Origin: Candidatus Tayloriibacteriota bacterium
GTDB taxonomy: Bacteria; Patescibacteriota; Minisyncoccia; Phycocordibacterales; UBA6065
NCBI GenBank assembly: GCA_016215405.1
Contig: JACRJQ010000002.1
Span: forward strand, 59,597-123,596
Direction of reading: 5' to 3'
Length of the DNA stretch: 64,000 nucleotides
Shown: positions 29,122 through 38,335 of the stretch, piece after piece
Numbering within the stretch: the stretch's first letter is position 1
Layout: each line of letters starts with the position of its first letter
The notes under the pieces: generated by a model
Told to the model about the DNA's origin: nothing
The model's database searches: none
Seen by the model: the letters and a program-made list of their open reading frames with translations, nothing else
Made by a program: the position numbers and the translations under genes

Positions 29122-30150
29122 TTATCTCAAATACCTATTCTTGTTGACGAGGTGCCCGTCATGGGTCTCAGCATAATGCATCTCGCCCTTGTCGTCCGAA
29201 AGATAGAAGTAGTAAGGAGTCTTTAAGGGGTGGATGGTCGCCTTTATGGATGCGAGGCCGGGATTCGAGATCGGGGTCGGCGGGAGGCCTTTGTAGACAT
29301 ATGTGTTATACGGCGAATCTATCTTGAGGTCGTCGAGAGTGAGGAGCGCGCTGTTCCCCTTCCCGTTCACGAAGGAGAACGCCGCATCGACTTGCAAAGG
29401 CATCCCCTCGTCGAGCCGTTTCCAAAGGATCCCTGCGATGATCTGGCGAGACAGGTCGGTGCGAGCCTCCTCCTCTATGATCGAAGCCATCTTTATAACG
29501 TCGCTTCGCGATTTTCCGAAGGCCGCTATCTCCGGCGCGAGGGCCTCTATGCGCCGGTCGAAATTCTCGAGCATCGCAAGGACGACTTCCTGCGCCCGAA
29601 CGTTGGGCAAGAAGAGATATGTATCAGGGAAAAGATACCCTTCCTTCGGGCCGGCGAGCCTTCGGAATTCGAGAGGGTCGAACCTCGTGAACGAGCCGGA
29701 CTTCTCGAAGAGGGCCGCTATCTCGGCCGAGGACGTGCCCTCAGGTATGGTGATACGCACCCCTTCGAGGCCGTACGAACCGTGGGAGAATCTCCAGGCG
29801 AGGGCGATCGCGCTCTCTTTCCTTTCGAGAAGGTAGTCTCCCGCGACGAGACCGCGCGAACCGCCGAAAAGGACGACGAGAGACTTGAATATGAAGGGAG
29901 AGCGCACTGCGTCCGTAAGCGCTAGCCTCTTTGCCATGCCCGAGAGCGTCTCTCCATCTTCGACTGTCACGAGCTCGCCCTTTGGAAACCCTGAAGGGGC
30001 CGAGAACAGGAGGGATACGAGAGCGATGAATACGATCGTCGTCGCGATAGCCGGAATGAAAATCGCCTTTTTGAAAGGGCGAGAGGGCTTTTGGTCCTGG
30101 TTCACGGACGAATACTCAGGCTGGGATATGTAACGTAAAGGACCAGACAT
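29122..30150 (-). CDS. mltG: endolytic murein transglycosylase MltG (YceG-like)
   Basis: An N-terminal TM helix followed by a YceG domain. Confidence 0.8.
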   Translation of the reverse strand: MSGPLRYISQPEYSSVNQDQKPSRPFKKAIFIPAIATTIVFIALVSLLFSAPSGFPKGELVTVEDGETLSGMAKRLALTDAVRSPFIFKSLVVLFGGSRGLVAGDYLLERKESAIALAWRFSHGSYGLEGVRITIPEGTSSAEIAALFEKSGSFTRFDPLEFRRLAGPKEGYLFPDTYLFLPNVRAQEVVLAMLENFDRRIEALAPEIAAFGKSRSDVIKMASIIEEEARTDLSRQIIAGILWKRLDEGMPLQVDAAFSFVNGKGNSALLTLDDLKIDSPYNTYVYKGLPPTPISNPGLASIKATIHPLKTPYYFYLSDDKGEMHYAETHDGHLVNKNRYLR

Positions 30151-30153
30151 ATC

Positions 30154-31407
30154 CTATGTAGGGAGATTGAACGGAGCGTCCGCGCGCTTCGACGGGATAC
30201 GCTTGAGGCCCGGGGTCTTTACGGCGCTGCCTGGGAAATGATAGAGCGTCGCAAGCTCTTCCGTGTTGAGTATCATGATAGGCCTACGCGGTATGTCAGT
30301 GAAAGTGTACGGCGGATGGAAATACGATCGGGCTCGATAGTATTCGAAGAGCTTCGACTTCCAGTACGCAAGCTTTTTGCCGCTCTTGTCCTGCCACGGA
30401 TACTCGAATTCCGCCGCGGCGGGTGCGATGCTGTTGAAATTGTTCGCTCCGAACGGACGAAACGAGCCCTTTATGATACCCACCGAGAAGCCGCCACGGC
30501 CCTTTGGGATCACGTTTATACCGCGGATGCCGACGTCGAGGCCGTATTTTCCGATAGACCTCTCGATGACCTCGATAGACTCCTTCTGCCCGGGCGTGAG
30601 CCTCTCCATATGGAACGTCTCGGTGCCGTCCTCTTTCTTCTCCATGACGCCTTTCGCGATCTTCTTTATCTCTGCCTTCGCCGCCTCGACCCACGGATCC
30701 TCCTGCCTCTTGTTGAAGTGGTTCTTCTCCGCCGTATGGGCGCGAGCGATGAACTGGAACCAGATCTGATCCTCTTTCTTCACCGAACCCATTACCTCGA
30801 TAAGCGACGCCAAAGGATCGACCTTGAGCTCTTCGTCCGGATCGTCGGAGAGGCCGTAGTCGACATAAGTCTTTATCGGATACGGGTCGGGCTTTATGAA
30901 CCTGTATTCCGCCGCGTAGATATCGTACTTGTCCATGTTCTTCGCGACCTTCTCTGTATAGTCCTCGACCTCGTGTATGGCGACGTCAGGATACGAGCCG
31001 TAGATGTTCGCCATGAGGAAGTTCTTTTGGCTCTCGAAGCACCAGATGAAGAATCTGATCTCGCCGTCTATGGAGCAAAGCTCGAGGGAGCACCACGGGC
31101 GAGCCTTGCCGTCCCAATAGCGCTCGATCGGGGTTCCCTCACCACCCGTCTGAATAAGGGCGTTCAAGACGAGCTCCATGGCGGCCGGCGACTTAAAGGT
31201 CTCTGCGGGGAGCTTTACCTCGAGGACGGCCTTCTTTTGCCTCATGATCCAATCGGTGCGGGTATACCTCACCCAAACGGTCCAAGCGTATTCGAGTATC
31301 ACGATAGGCACCCAGATGACCGCGGTGTAGACGATCCAACGAAAGGTCTCTGGCAAGACTACGTTGAGGGTGAAAGCGGAGAAGCCTGTGAGGAGATTGG
31401 AAAGCAT
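30154..31407 (-). CDS. hypothetical membrane protein
   Basis: The ORF-track start at 31674 would overlap the upstream gene and its terminator; it was trimmed to the ATG at 31407. Two N-terminal TM helices precede a large domain with no recognisable motifs. Confidence 0.5.
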   Translation of the reverse strand: MLSNLLTGFSAFTLNVVLPETFRWIVYTAVIWVPIVILEYAWTVWVRYTRTDWIMRQKKAVLEVKLPAETFKSPAAMELVLNALIQTGGEGTPIERYWDGKARPWCSLELCSIDGEIRFFIWCFESQKNFLMANIYGSYPDVAIHEVEDYTEKVAKNMDKYDIYAAEYRFIKPDPYPIKTYVDYGLSDDPDEELKVDPLASLIEVMGSVKKEDQIWFQFIARAHTAEKNHFNKRQEDPWVEAAKAEIKKIAKGVMEKKEDGTETFHMERLTPGQKESIEVIERSIGKYGLDVGIRGINVIPKGRGGFSVGIIKGSFRPFGANNFNSIAPAAAEFEYPWQDKSGKKLAYWKSKLFEYYRARSYFHPPYTFTDIPRRPIMILNTEELATLYHFPGSAVKTPGLKRIPSKRADAPFNLPT

Positions 31408-31450
31408 AATACCCGCTAATGATACAAGATAGGCCGCTCTCCCGCAAAGC

Positions 31451-31476
31451 AAAAGCCGCGCTTTCGCGCGGCTTTT
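31451..31476. terminator. bidirectional hairpin terminator
   Basis: AAAAGCCGCGC-TTTC-GCGCGGCTTTT. Confidence 0.6.
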
Positions 31477-31478
31477 CG

Positions 31479-32510
31479 CTAGGACGCCATCGAGTACTTC
31501 CCTTCTTTGTCTTTCTTGAAATATTTCGGATTCTGGAGATTTACGAGTATGGTGTTCTCCTTTACGTATCGCTCCTTGAGCACCTTGTCTATCACTTCCT
31601 TCTTTGTGAGAGGGCCGTGCTTCTCGAGGACCTTCTTTATGACGTCTTTGACGACTCCCGACATATAACCCCATTCGGAGAGTGCGTAGAGCCCGCGGCC
31701 GACCAGGACGAATCGAGGGTCCTTTATGAGCTCGTTATGAGTCGTCGCGACGTGAGCCTTCTTGTTGAACATCTTCTCGATCTGCTTTGCGACTTCGCGG
31801 AAATGTATAGGCGAGCCGTGCTTTCGGATGACGAGGAACGCGTAATCGCGCATGCCCTTCGCCTTTATGTTCGGAGAGTGGGAGACGCCCCATTCGCCGA
31901 GAGGGTTCTTGCCTACCTTCTTCGAGAGCGAGAGCCATCGCTTCAATATCTCGTCGTTGCGGTACTGGTCGTTGAGGCCTTCGATGTGGTTGAGGAAAGT
32001 ATCGATCATCTCCGACTCCGGGATGATATCGTCGTCCTTGAGGTTCTTGTAGAGCTTCTTGAGGGCATCCTCTACCTTCTTGGAGGTGCCTTCGTCTACA
32101 TGCCAGCGATGCTTGAAATGATCGTCTTCTTTCTGCCACTTGAACGTCCTTCCGAGAACGAGGAGGAAGTAGACGTGATTCTGTATCGACAGGTCTTTCG
32201 AGACCGAGTCGAGGAGGTCCTCTTCGGCGAGGACGCCTCCCATGGATTTCATCATCTCCTCAAGCTCCTTGAAAGCGTGGATCTGCGACTCGTATTCCTT
32301 CGATTTCTGTATGTTCGCTATGGCGTAGTTCTCGATCTGGCGGACGCGCTCACGGGTTATACCGTAGGTCTTGCCGATAGCCTCGAGGGTCATCTTCTCA
32401 GGATCCTTTCCGAGGCCGTAACGCTTGGTTATCACTTCCTGCGCGCGCTCAGGGAGGCTTTTGAGGAGGGCCTTTACGACCTGTTTAGGCTTGATCGTGA
32501 GATTCGTCAT
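31479..32510 (-). CDS. sigma-70 region-4 HTH domain protein with C-terminal HARE-HTH-like domain
   Basis: N-terminus LPERAQEVITKRYGLGKDPEKMTLEAIGKTYGITRERVRQIENYAI is a region-4 HTH with no regions 1-3. The C-terminus HGSPIHFREVAKQIEKMF...VLVGRGLYALSEWG resembles a HARE-HTH. Confidence 0.6.
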   Translation of the reverse strand: MTNLTIKPKQVVKALLKSLPERAQEVITKRYGLGKDPEKMTLEAIGKTYGITRERVRQIENYAIANIQKSKEYESQIHAFKELEEMMKSMGGVLAEEDLLDSVSKDLSIQNHVYFLLVLGRTFKWQKEDDHFKHRWHVDEGTSKKVEDALKKLYKNLKDDDIIPESEMIDTFLNHIEGLNDQYRNDEILKRWLSLSKKVGKNPLGEWGVSHSPNIKAKGMRDYAFLVIRKHGSPIHFREVAKQIEKMFNKKAHVATTHNELIKDPRFVLVGRGLYALSEWGYMSGVVKDVIKKVLEKHGPLTKKEVIDKVLKERYVKENTILVNLQNPKYFKKDKEGKYSMAS

Positions 32511-32726
32511 AATAATGCGTGCGCGTTCCTTAAATTAATAATTACCTTTTATCATTCGTTTGATACTAAGTCAAGTCTATCGTGGTGTCAAGACCCCTGT
32601 CAAGAGCTCCGCAAGGAGCTCTCCGCCGAGCGCGGATATTTTTCTGCTGAAAAATTCCTCGTGCTCGCGCCGCCACGCTCCCAAGGCTCGGACGAACCCC
32701 TCCTTGCTACGCGACGGTAAAGCCAA

Positions 32727-35594
32727 CTACCCCCTGACGACGATGGAGACCAGTTTTCCTGGGACGACGATGACTTTTTCCGGTTTCTTGTCCCCTATCC
32801 ATTTTTTCACCTCGTCGAGGGACATCGCCGTCCTTTCTAGATCCCCCTTCTCGGCGTTTCTATCCGCCGCGAAGCTCGCACGGACCTTGCCGTTCACCTG
32901 CACCACGATGGTCGCGCCCCCCTCGGTCAATTTTGATTCATCTGCCACGGGCCACTGGGCCATATGGATGGAATCTTCGTTCCCCAGGGAATGCCATAGG
33001 TCTTCCGTCACGTGAGGTGCAAATGGAGCGAGAAGTTTAAGAAAAACTTCATAAGTCGCACGTGTTACAGCGGCCTCTTTTTCAAGTGCATTCGAGAGGA
33101 TCATGAGCGATGATACTGCAGTATTGAATCCCATGGACTCTATATCTCCGGTTACTTTTCCGATTGTCTTATGAAGCAAAGATTCGAGTTCTTTATTCGG
33201 TCTTAACTCTCCGCTGCTCATGACCGCCCGCGCATCAACAACTTTGTTTGATAATGCATAGATTCGCTCAATAAACCTGCGAGGGCCTATGAGGCTCTTC
33301 GTGTCCCACGATATCGCCTGGTCGAATGGTCCCATGAACATCTCATAGACGCGCAGGGTATCGGCGCCGTAATTGGTCACGAGCTCATCGGGATTTATGA
33401 CGTTGCCCTTCGATTTGGACATCTTCTCCCCTCCCTCGGCGAGGATCATGCCGTGAGACGTCCTCTTTTTATAAGGCTCGCTCGTAGGGACGATTCCGAT
33501 GTCGAAGAGGAACTTGTGCCAGAAGCGAGAGTAAAGGAGATGCAGCGTCGTGTGCTCCATACCCCCGTTGTACCAGTCGACGGGCGACCACAGAGCGAGC
33601 CTCTCTTTGCTCGCGAGCTCTTTGTTATTCTTAGGATCGGCGTAGCGCAGGTAATACCACGAAGAGCCCGCCCAATTAGGCATCGTATCGGTCTCCCTCT
33701 CTGCTTCGCCCTTGCATTTCGGGCACTTCGTCTCGACCCACGACCTTATCTCGGCCAAAGGAGACTCTCCGGTATCAGTAGGCTCGTACCTCTCCACCTT
33801 CGGCAAAGCGACAGGAAGTTCCTTCTCGGGCACAGGGACCCATCCGCACTTTCCGCATTTGACCATCGGTATAGGCTCGCCCCAGTATCTCTGGCGAGAG
33901 AACACCCAGTCGCGCAGCTTGAACTTCTTCACCCAAGCGCCGCCGACCTCCTCGGCGATCTCCCTCTTCGCTTCTTCGGAATCCATGCCGGAGAACTTTC
34001 CGGAATCGGCGAGGATGCCGTGGTCGGTATAGATATAGTCGTCACTGTCGAGGATGTTGAGGATGAAGCTGCCCTCATAGACGGTAAAGAAATCCTTGAG
34101 CTCTCCCCTCTCCTTCCACACGATCTCGTGGATCGCGGCCTCTTTGTCGTCGACTTCCTGCCTCTCTTCGTTCACAAGGTCGAAGAAGACGAATCTGAAA
34201 TGGGCGTGCCGGTTCTGCTTCTTCACCCGATGATAGAAGAAGGTGTTTATCGCGACCGAGGAGGTGCGGACGTGCTTTAAGTTCTTGTAGCCCGTCTCCT
34301 CGAGCATCTCTCGCTTCGCTGCCTCTACGATGTCCTCGCCTTTCTCGATCCCGCCGGTAAAGAGGCCGTGCATCTTGAAGCTTTTCCAGCTGTTGCAAAG
34401 ATACTTCCCATCCTTAGGATTTCTGACCACTATCGCGACCGCGTCCCGATACTCGAAGGGCATATCGGCCCTAGGGGCGCCTTCGCCGCTTATTCCGACG
34501 AATTTCGGCTCGACGACGTGCTTTACGGGAAGCCCGTACTTCTTCGCGAACGCGAAGTCGCGCTCGTCGTGAGCGGGCACGGCCATGACCGCCCCCGTGC
34601 CATATTCGCTCAAGACGTAATCGGCAACGAACACCGGCACCTCTTCGCCGTTCGCCGGATTTATCGCGAAGATCCCGTCGAGCTTAACTCCGGTCTTCTC
34701 TTTCTTGGCGTCGGTGCGCTCTATCTCGTCTTTTTTCTTTGCAGAAGCGATATATTTTTCGACTTCGGCCCTATTTTTGAAAGAGAGCTTTGAGACGAGG
34801 CCGTGCTCGGGCGCGAGGACGACGTACGTGACGCCGAAGAGCGTGTCGGGACGGGTCGTGAAGGCCCTTATCTTCTCGCTCGAGCCCTTGATCGCAAACT
34901 CGAGCTCAGCACCCTCGCTCCTGCCTATCCAATTGCGCTGCTGTATCTTTATCCTCTCGAGATAATCGACCGAATCGAGGTCGTCATAGAGCTTGTCGGC
35001 GTATTTCGTGATGGCGAGCATCCACTGCTCCTTCTCTCGCTCTTCTACCGCCGTTCCGCAGCGCTCGCAGCGGCCGTCGACGACCTCCTCGTTCGCGAGA
35101 CCGATCTTGTCTTTTGGACACCAATTGATCGCGATCTTCGCCTTGTAGGCGAGGCCTTTCTCGTACATCTTGAGGAATATCCACTGTGTCCAGCGGAAAT
35201 ATTCCGGGTCGGTCGTGTTTACCTCGCGCGACCAATCGAACGAGAGTCCGAGAGATTTGAGCTGTCTGCGGAAATTGTCCGTGTTCTCCTTGGTCACGTC
35301 CTCAGGTTGCCTGCCCGTCTTTATGGCGTAGTTCTCCGTAGGCAAGCCGAAAGCGTCCCAGCCGATGGGATAGAGGACGTTCTCGCCCTGCATACGGCGC
35401 TTTCGGGCGACGATGTCCATCGCCGTATAGCTCCTGATGTGGCCGGTATGAAGCCCTGCGCCCGAAGGGAACGGAAATTCGACCAAGGGATAGAACCTCT
35501 TCTTATCGCTCTTGTCGTCTGCCGCGTAGATGCCAGACTTCTCCCATTCTTTCTGCCACTTCTTCTCTAGCTTAGAGTGGTCGTACTTTTTCAT
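32727..35594 (-). CDS. leuS: leucine--tRNA ligase with inserted NUDIX hydrolase domain
   Basis: 955 aa; HTGH (HIGH) at aa 49-52, TTRPDT editing motif at 246-251, GTGAVMAVPAHDERDFAFAKKYGL at 333-356, RQRYWGEPIP at 567, KMSKS at 724. Residues ~365-525 form a complete NUDIX fold with box GGIEKGEDIVEAAKREMLEETGY. Confidence 0.9.
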   Translation of the reverse strand: MKKYDHSKLEKKWQKEWEKSGIYAADDKSDKKRFYPLVEFPFPSGAGLHTGHIRSYTAMDIVARKRRMQGENVLYPIGWDAFGLPTENYAIKTGRQPEDVTKENTDNFRRQLKSLGLSFDWSREVNTTDPEYFRWTQWIFLKMYEKGLAYKAKIAINWCPKDKIGLANEEVVDGRCERCGTAVEEREKEQWMLAITKYADKLYDDLDSVDYLERIKIQQRNWIGRSEGAELEFAIKGSSEKIRAFTTRPDTLFGVTYVVLAPEHGLVSKLSFKNRAEVEKYIASAKKKDEIERTDAKKEKTGVKLDGIFAINPANGEEVPVFVADYVLSEYGTGAVMAVPAHDERDFAFAKKYGLPVKHVVEPKFVGISGEGAPRADMPFEYRDAVAIVVRNPKDGKYLCNSWKSFKMHGLFTGGIEKGEDIVEAAKREMLEETGYKNLKHVRTSSVAINTFFYHRVKKQNRHAHFRFVFFDLVNEERQEVDDKEAAIHEIVWKERGELKDFFTVYEGSFILNILDSDDYIYTDHGILADSGKFSGMDSEEAKREIAEEVGGAWVKKFKLRDWVFSRQRYWGEPIPMVKCGKCGWVPVPEKELPVALPKVERYEPTDTGESPLAEIRSWVETKCPKCKGEAERETDTMPNWAGSSWYYLRYADPKNNKELASKERLALWSPVDWYNGGMEHTTLHLLYSRFWHKFLFDIGIVPTSEPYKKRTSHGMILAEGGEKMSKSKGNVINPDELVTNYGADTLRVYEMFMGPFDQAISWDTKSLIGPRRFIERIYALSNKVVDARAVMSSGELRPNKELESLLHKTIGKVTGDIESMGFNTAVSSLMILSNALEKEAAVTRATYEVFLKLLAPFAPHVTEDLWHSLGNEDSIHMAQWPVADESKLTEGGATIVVQVNGKVRASFAADRNAEKGDLERTAMSLDEVKKWIGDKKPEKVIVVPGKLVSIVVRG

Positions 35595-35600
35595 CTCTCG

Positions 35601-36590
35601 TTAGTAGCCGCGCACGGTCACGCCTTTTTCGCGGACAGGATAGAGGTCTTGGTCGATATCCCGGTCGAAGCAGTGCTCTCCCGCGCCGTGCTTCCAGTTC
35701 TCGCCGTCAGGCATCATATAGGAGCGGGTCACGTCTCGAGGCTGGCTTTCGCGATCCTGCGAAGCGAGGCTGAAATCGGCGCAGACCTGGAAAGACAGGT
35801 CGCTTAGCGCTTTGTAGCCGTAGACCTCTCCCGTCTCAGGGTCCCGAGGGATCGAATAGCCGGAAATAGGGTCCACGAGGTCGTCGATCGAAGCAGGAAG
35901 GGTTCCCTTCTGCTGCCAGTAGTTTATGATCTGCCACTGCATCGATGAGAGGTCGTTTATGCGCCTCTCGTCGAAACGCTCCGCGCGAGCCTTCATCGGA
36001 GAGCCGAGGAGGGCGAACCCGAGGACGAGAGAGAGGAGGACCGCGCCGCTCGCTATCGAAACGAGAAGCTTTGACCTCGCCGGCATATCCGGTGCGAAGC
36101 TCTTCTTGAGGTCATAGAGGTAGTACCAAAAGACCGCTCCCGCGACGAGGATGACGGCAAGGACTTTGAGGACGAACCTGACCGTTATCTCTCCTCCGAG
36201 GAACGTATTGACGAGGACGATGAGGTCGACCGCGACCGCGACGCACGTCACGAAAAGCGTGAGATACGTGAGCCACTTCCTCACAGCGACGTCCTTTTTC
36301 TCCGGATTCGCCCGGAGATACTTGTTAAGATGGGTCGCTATGATGAGGTAGAGCGGGAAGACGATTATGAGGGACGCGATAGCGAGGCGCAGGCCGCCGG
36401 AATACGGATCGGACCCGTAATAGTAATAGTTATTGAGGCTGTCAGGAAAGGCCTTGTTCACGACGGCGAATAGGAGGCTGATGAGCGATATCGCGGAGAC
36501 GTAAAGGGTCGCGAATCCCGCGAGATAGAAGAAGAAATCCTTCGCCGTAGTCTTTGGTTGCATAGCTGGTTCGTTAGCTTGTAAGCCCAC
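35601..36590 (-). CDS. hypothetical polytopic membrane protein with C-terminal soluble domain
   Basis: 329 aa, about 5 TM helices. Confidence 0.55.
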   Translation of the reverse strand: MGLQANEPAMQPKTTAKDFFFYLAGFATLYVSAISLISLLFAVVNKAFPDSLNNYYYYGSDPYSGGLRLAIASLIIVFPLYLIIATHLNKYLRANPEKKDVAVRKWLTYLTLFVTCVAVAVDLIVLVNTFLGGEITVRFVLKVLAVILVAGAVFWYYLYDLKKSFAPDMPARSKLLVSIASGAVLLSLVLGFALLGSPMKARAERFDERRINDLSSMQWQIINYWQQKGTLPASIDDLVDPISGYSIPRDPETGEVYGYKALSDLSFQVCADFSLASQDRESQPRDVTRSYMMPDGENWKHGAGEHCFDRDIDQDLYPVREKGVTVRGY

Positions 36591-36676
36591 TCATAATACT
36601 CGATACGGCCGCAGTTTCAAAGATAGTACGCAAAAGCCCGCCAAAGGCGGGCTTTTGAAGGCCGCAGGGCCTTACA

Positions 36677-36904
36677 CTACATCGCAGGAGCCTCCGCCTT
36701 CGTCTCGCAATGCTTGCACTCCTTTCGGTGAGTGAAGATGAGAACCAGGCCGGAAAGACCTACGAGGACGTATACGAGCCTCTCGAGCCACGCCATCGAG
36801 CCGAGGAGCATCTCTACGACATTCCATCCTCCTGCGCCTACGAGACCCCAGTTAAGGGCGCCGACGACCGCGAGGATGAAAGCTATCACGTGAAGTGCCT
36901 TCAT
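36677..36904 (-). CDS. DUF378-family small membrane protein
   Basis: ALNWGLVG...ERLVYVLVGLSGL is typical of DUF378. Confidence 0.65.
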   Translation of the reverse strand: MKALHVIAFILAVVGALNWGLVGAGGWNVVEMLLGSMAWLERLVYVLVGLSGLVLIFTHRKECKHCETKAEAPAM

Positions 36905-37029
36905 TTTTCAAAAATATTATCTTTATAAAACCGCTGCGACTTTTACCCATGAATTATAGCAACGTGGCAAGTTTTTGCCGTCGATGGTTATGCACAGCCG
37001 ACCTTTCGATCCACGACCCTGGCTCTGGG

Positions 37030-37075
37030 ATGAGCGACTAAAAACAGTATCATATATGATACTGTTTTTAGTCGC
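37030..37075. repeat. perfect palindrome, copy 1 (gagcgac-TAAAAACAGTATCATATATGATACTGTTTTTA-gtcgctc)
   Basis: The 32-bp core 37037-37068 is identical to the copies at 45360-45391 and 57552-57583; it lies 45 bp downstream of the ychF stop. Confidence 0.9.
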
Positions 37076-37116
37076 TCCAGCGACGCGCCCCTCTAATCAA
37101 AACCCGGGAGAGGAGA

Positions 37117-38214
37117 TTAGATCATGAATTCCATCACGTCTCCGTCTTTGACTATGTATTCCTTGCCTTCGGTGCGCACCCACCCTTTCTCTCGAGCCGC
37201 TCCGTACGAGCCCGCTTCGAGGAGCTTGTCCCACTCGATCACCTGAGCCCGGACGAACTTGTCCTTGAAGTCCGTATGGATAGCGGTGCCTGCGAGAGGC
37301 GCCGTCCAGCCCCTCTGTATCGTCCAGCCTCGGGTCTCTTTTTCGCCCGTCGTAAAGTATGTGATGAGCCCTAACATCTCGTAGCTTTTCCGTATGAGGG
37401 CGTCTATGCCGCTCTTGTCCGCTCCGAGGCCGGCGCGCATCTCGACCTTCTCCTCTTCACTCATCTCTTTAAGCTCGTTCTCGATACCCGCGTCTACCAC
37501 CACATAGGTGGAGCCGGTCTCCTTGAAGAACGCGAGGAGCTTCTGATACCTCTCGTCGTTCGTCTCGTCGAGGTTTCGGCCTCCGGATTTCTTATTGAGG
37601 ACGTAGAGGATCTTCTTCGAGGTCAGGAGGTGGATGTTATGGAGGAGAGGCGCCTCGTATTCGTCGGGCGTAACGGAAGAAGCGAGCTTTCCCGCCTCGA
37701 GGGCCGCCTGCAGCCTCTCGAGGAGGCCCATCTCTATAATGGCCTCCTTCTTGCCCGCCTTCACCTCCTTGCCGAGGTTCTGCGCCCGCTTCGTCACGGT
37801 CTGGAGGTCTGCCATGATGAGCTCGAGGTTTATCACCTCTATATCGCCCATAGGATCTATCTTGTTCGACACGTGGATGATGTCGGGATCCTCGAATATC
37901 CTGACTACCTCCGCTATAGCGTCGGTCTCGCGGATGTTCGTGAGGAACTTGTTGCCGAGGCCTTCTCCTGCGGATGCGCCCTTGACGAGCCCGGCGATAT
38001 CGACGAACTCGACGGCCGCAGAGACTGTCTTTTGCGTCTTGGAGAACTCGGCGAGCTTATAGAGCCTCTCGTCAGGCACGGCGACCACGCCCACGGACGG
38101 ATCTATGGTCGCGAACGGATAGTTAGCGATGAGAACGCCTTTTTTCGTGAGAGCCGAGAAAAGCGTCGATTTGCCGACGTTCGGGAGTCCGACGATGCCT
38201 ATAGAGAGGGCCAT
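37117..38214 (-). CDS. ychF: ribosome-binding ATPase YchF
   Basis: GIVGLPNVGKSTLF P-loop and a TGS domain. Confidence 0.9.
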   Translation of the reverse strand: MALSIGIVGLPNVGKSTLFSALTKKGVLIANYPFATIDPSVGVVAVPDERLYKLAEFSKTQKTVSAAVEFVDIAGLVKGASAGEGLGNKFLTNIRETDAIAEVVRIFEDPDIIHVSNKIDPMGDIEVINLELIMADLQTVTKRAQNLGKEVKAGKKEAIIEMGLLERLQAALEAGKLASSVTPDEYEAPLLHNIHLLTSKKILYVLNKKSGGRNLDETNDERYQKLLAFFKETGSTYVVVDAGIENELKEMSEEEKVEMRAGLGADKSGIDALIRKSYEMLGLITYFTTGEKETRGWTIQRGWTAPLAGTAIHTDFKDKFVRAQVIEWDKLLEAGSYGAAREKGWVRTEGKEYIVKDGDVMEFMI

Positions 38215-38335
38215 TCGGTGTTGGATTTAGTGATAGACGGTAATACTAGCTCAGAAGGCCCCCTTTTTCAATTTTCTCCATCGATGCTATTGACTTTTCA
38301 GTATTTTATTATATTATTAATACTGAAATACCACC

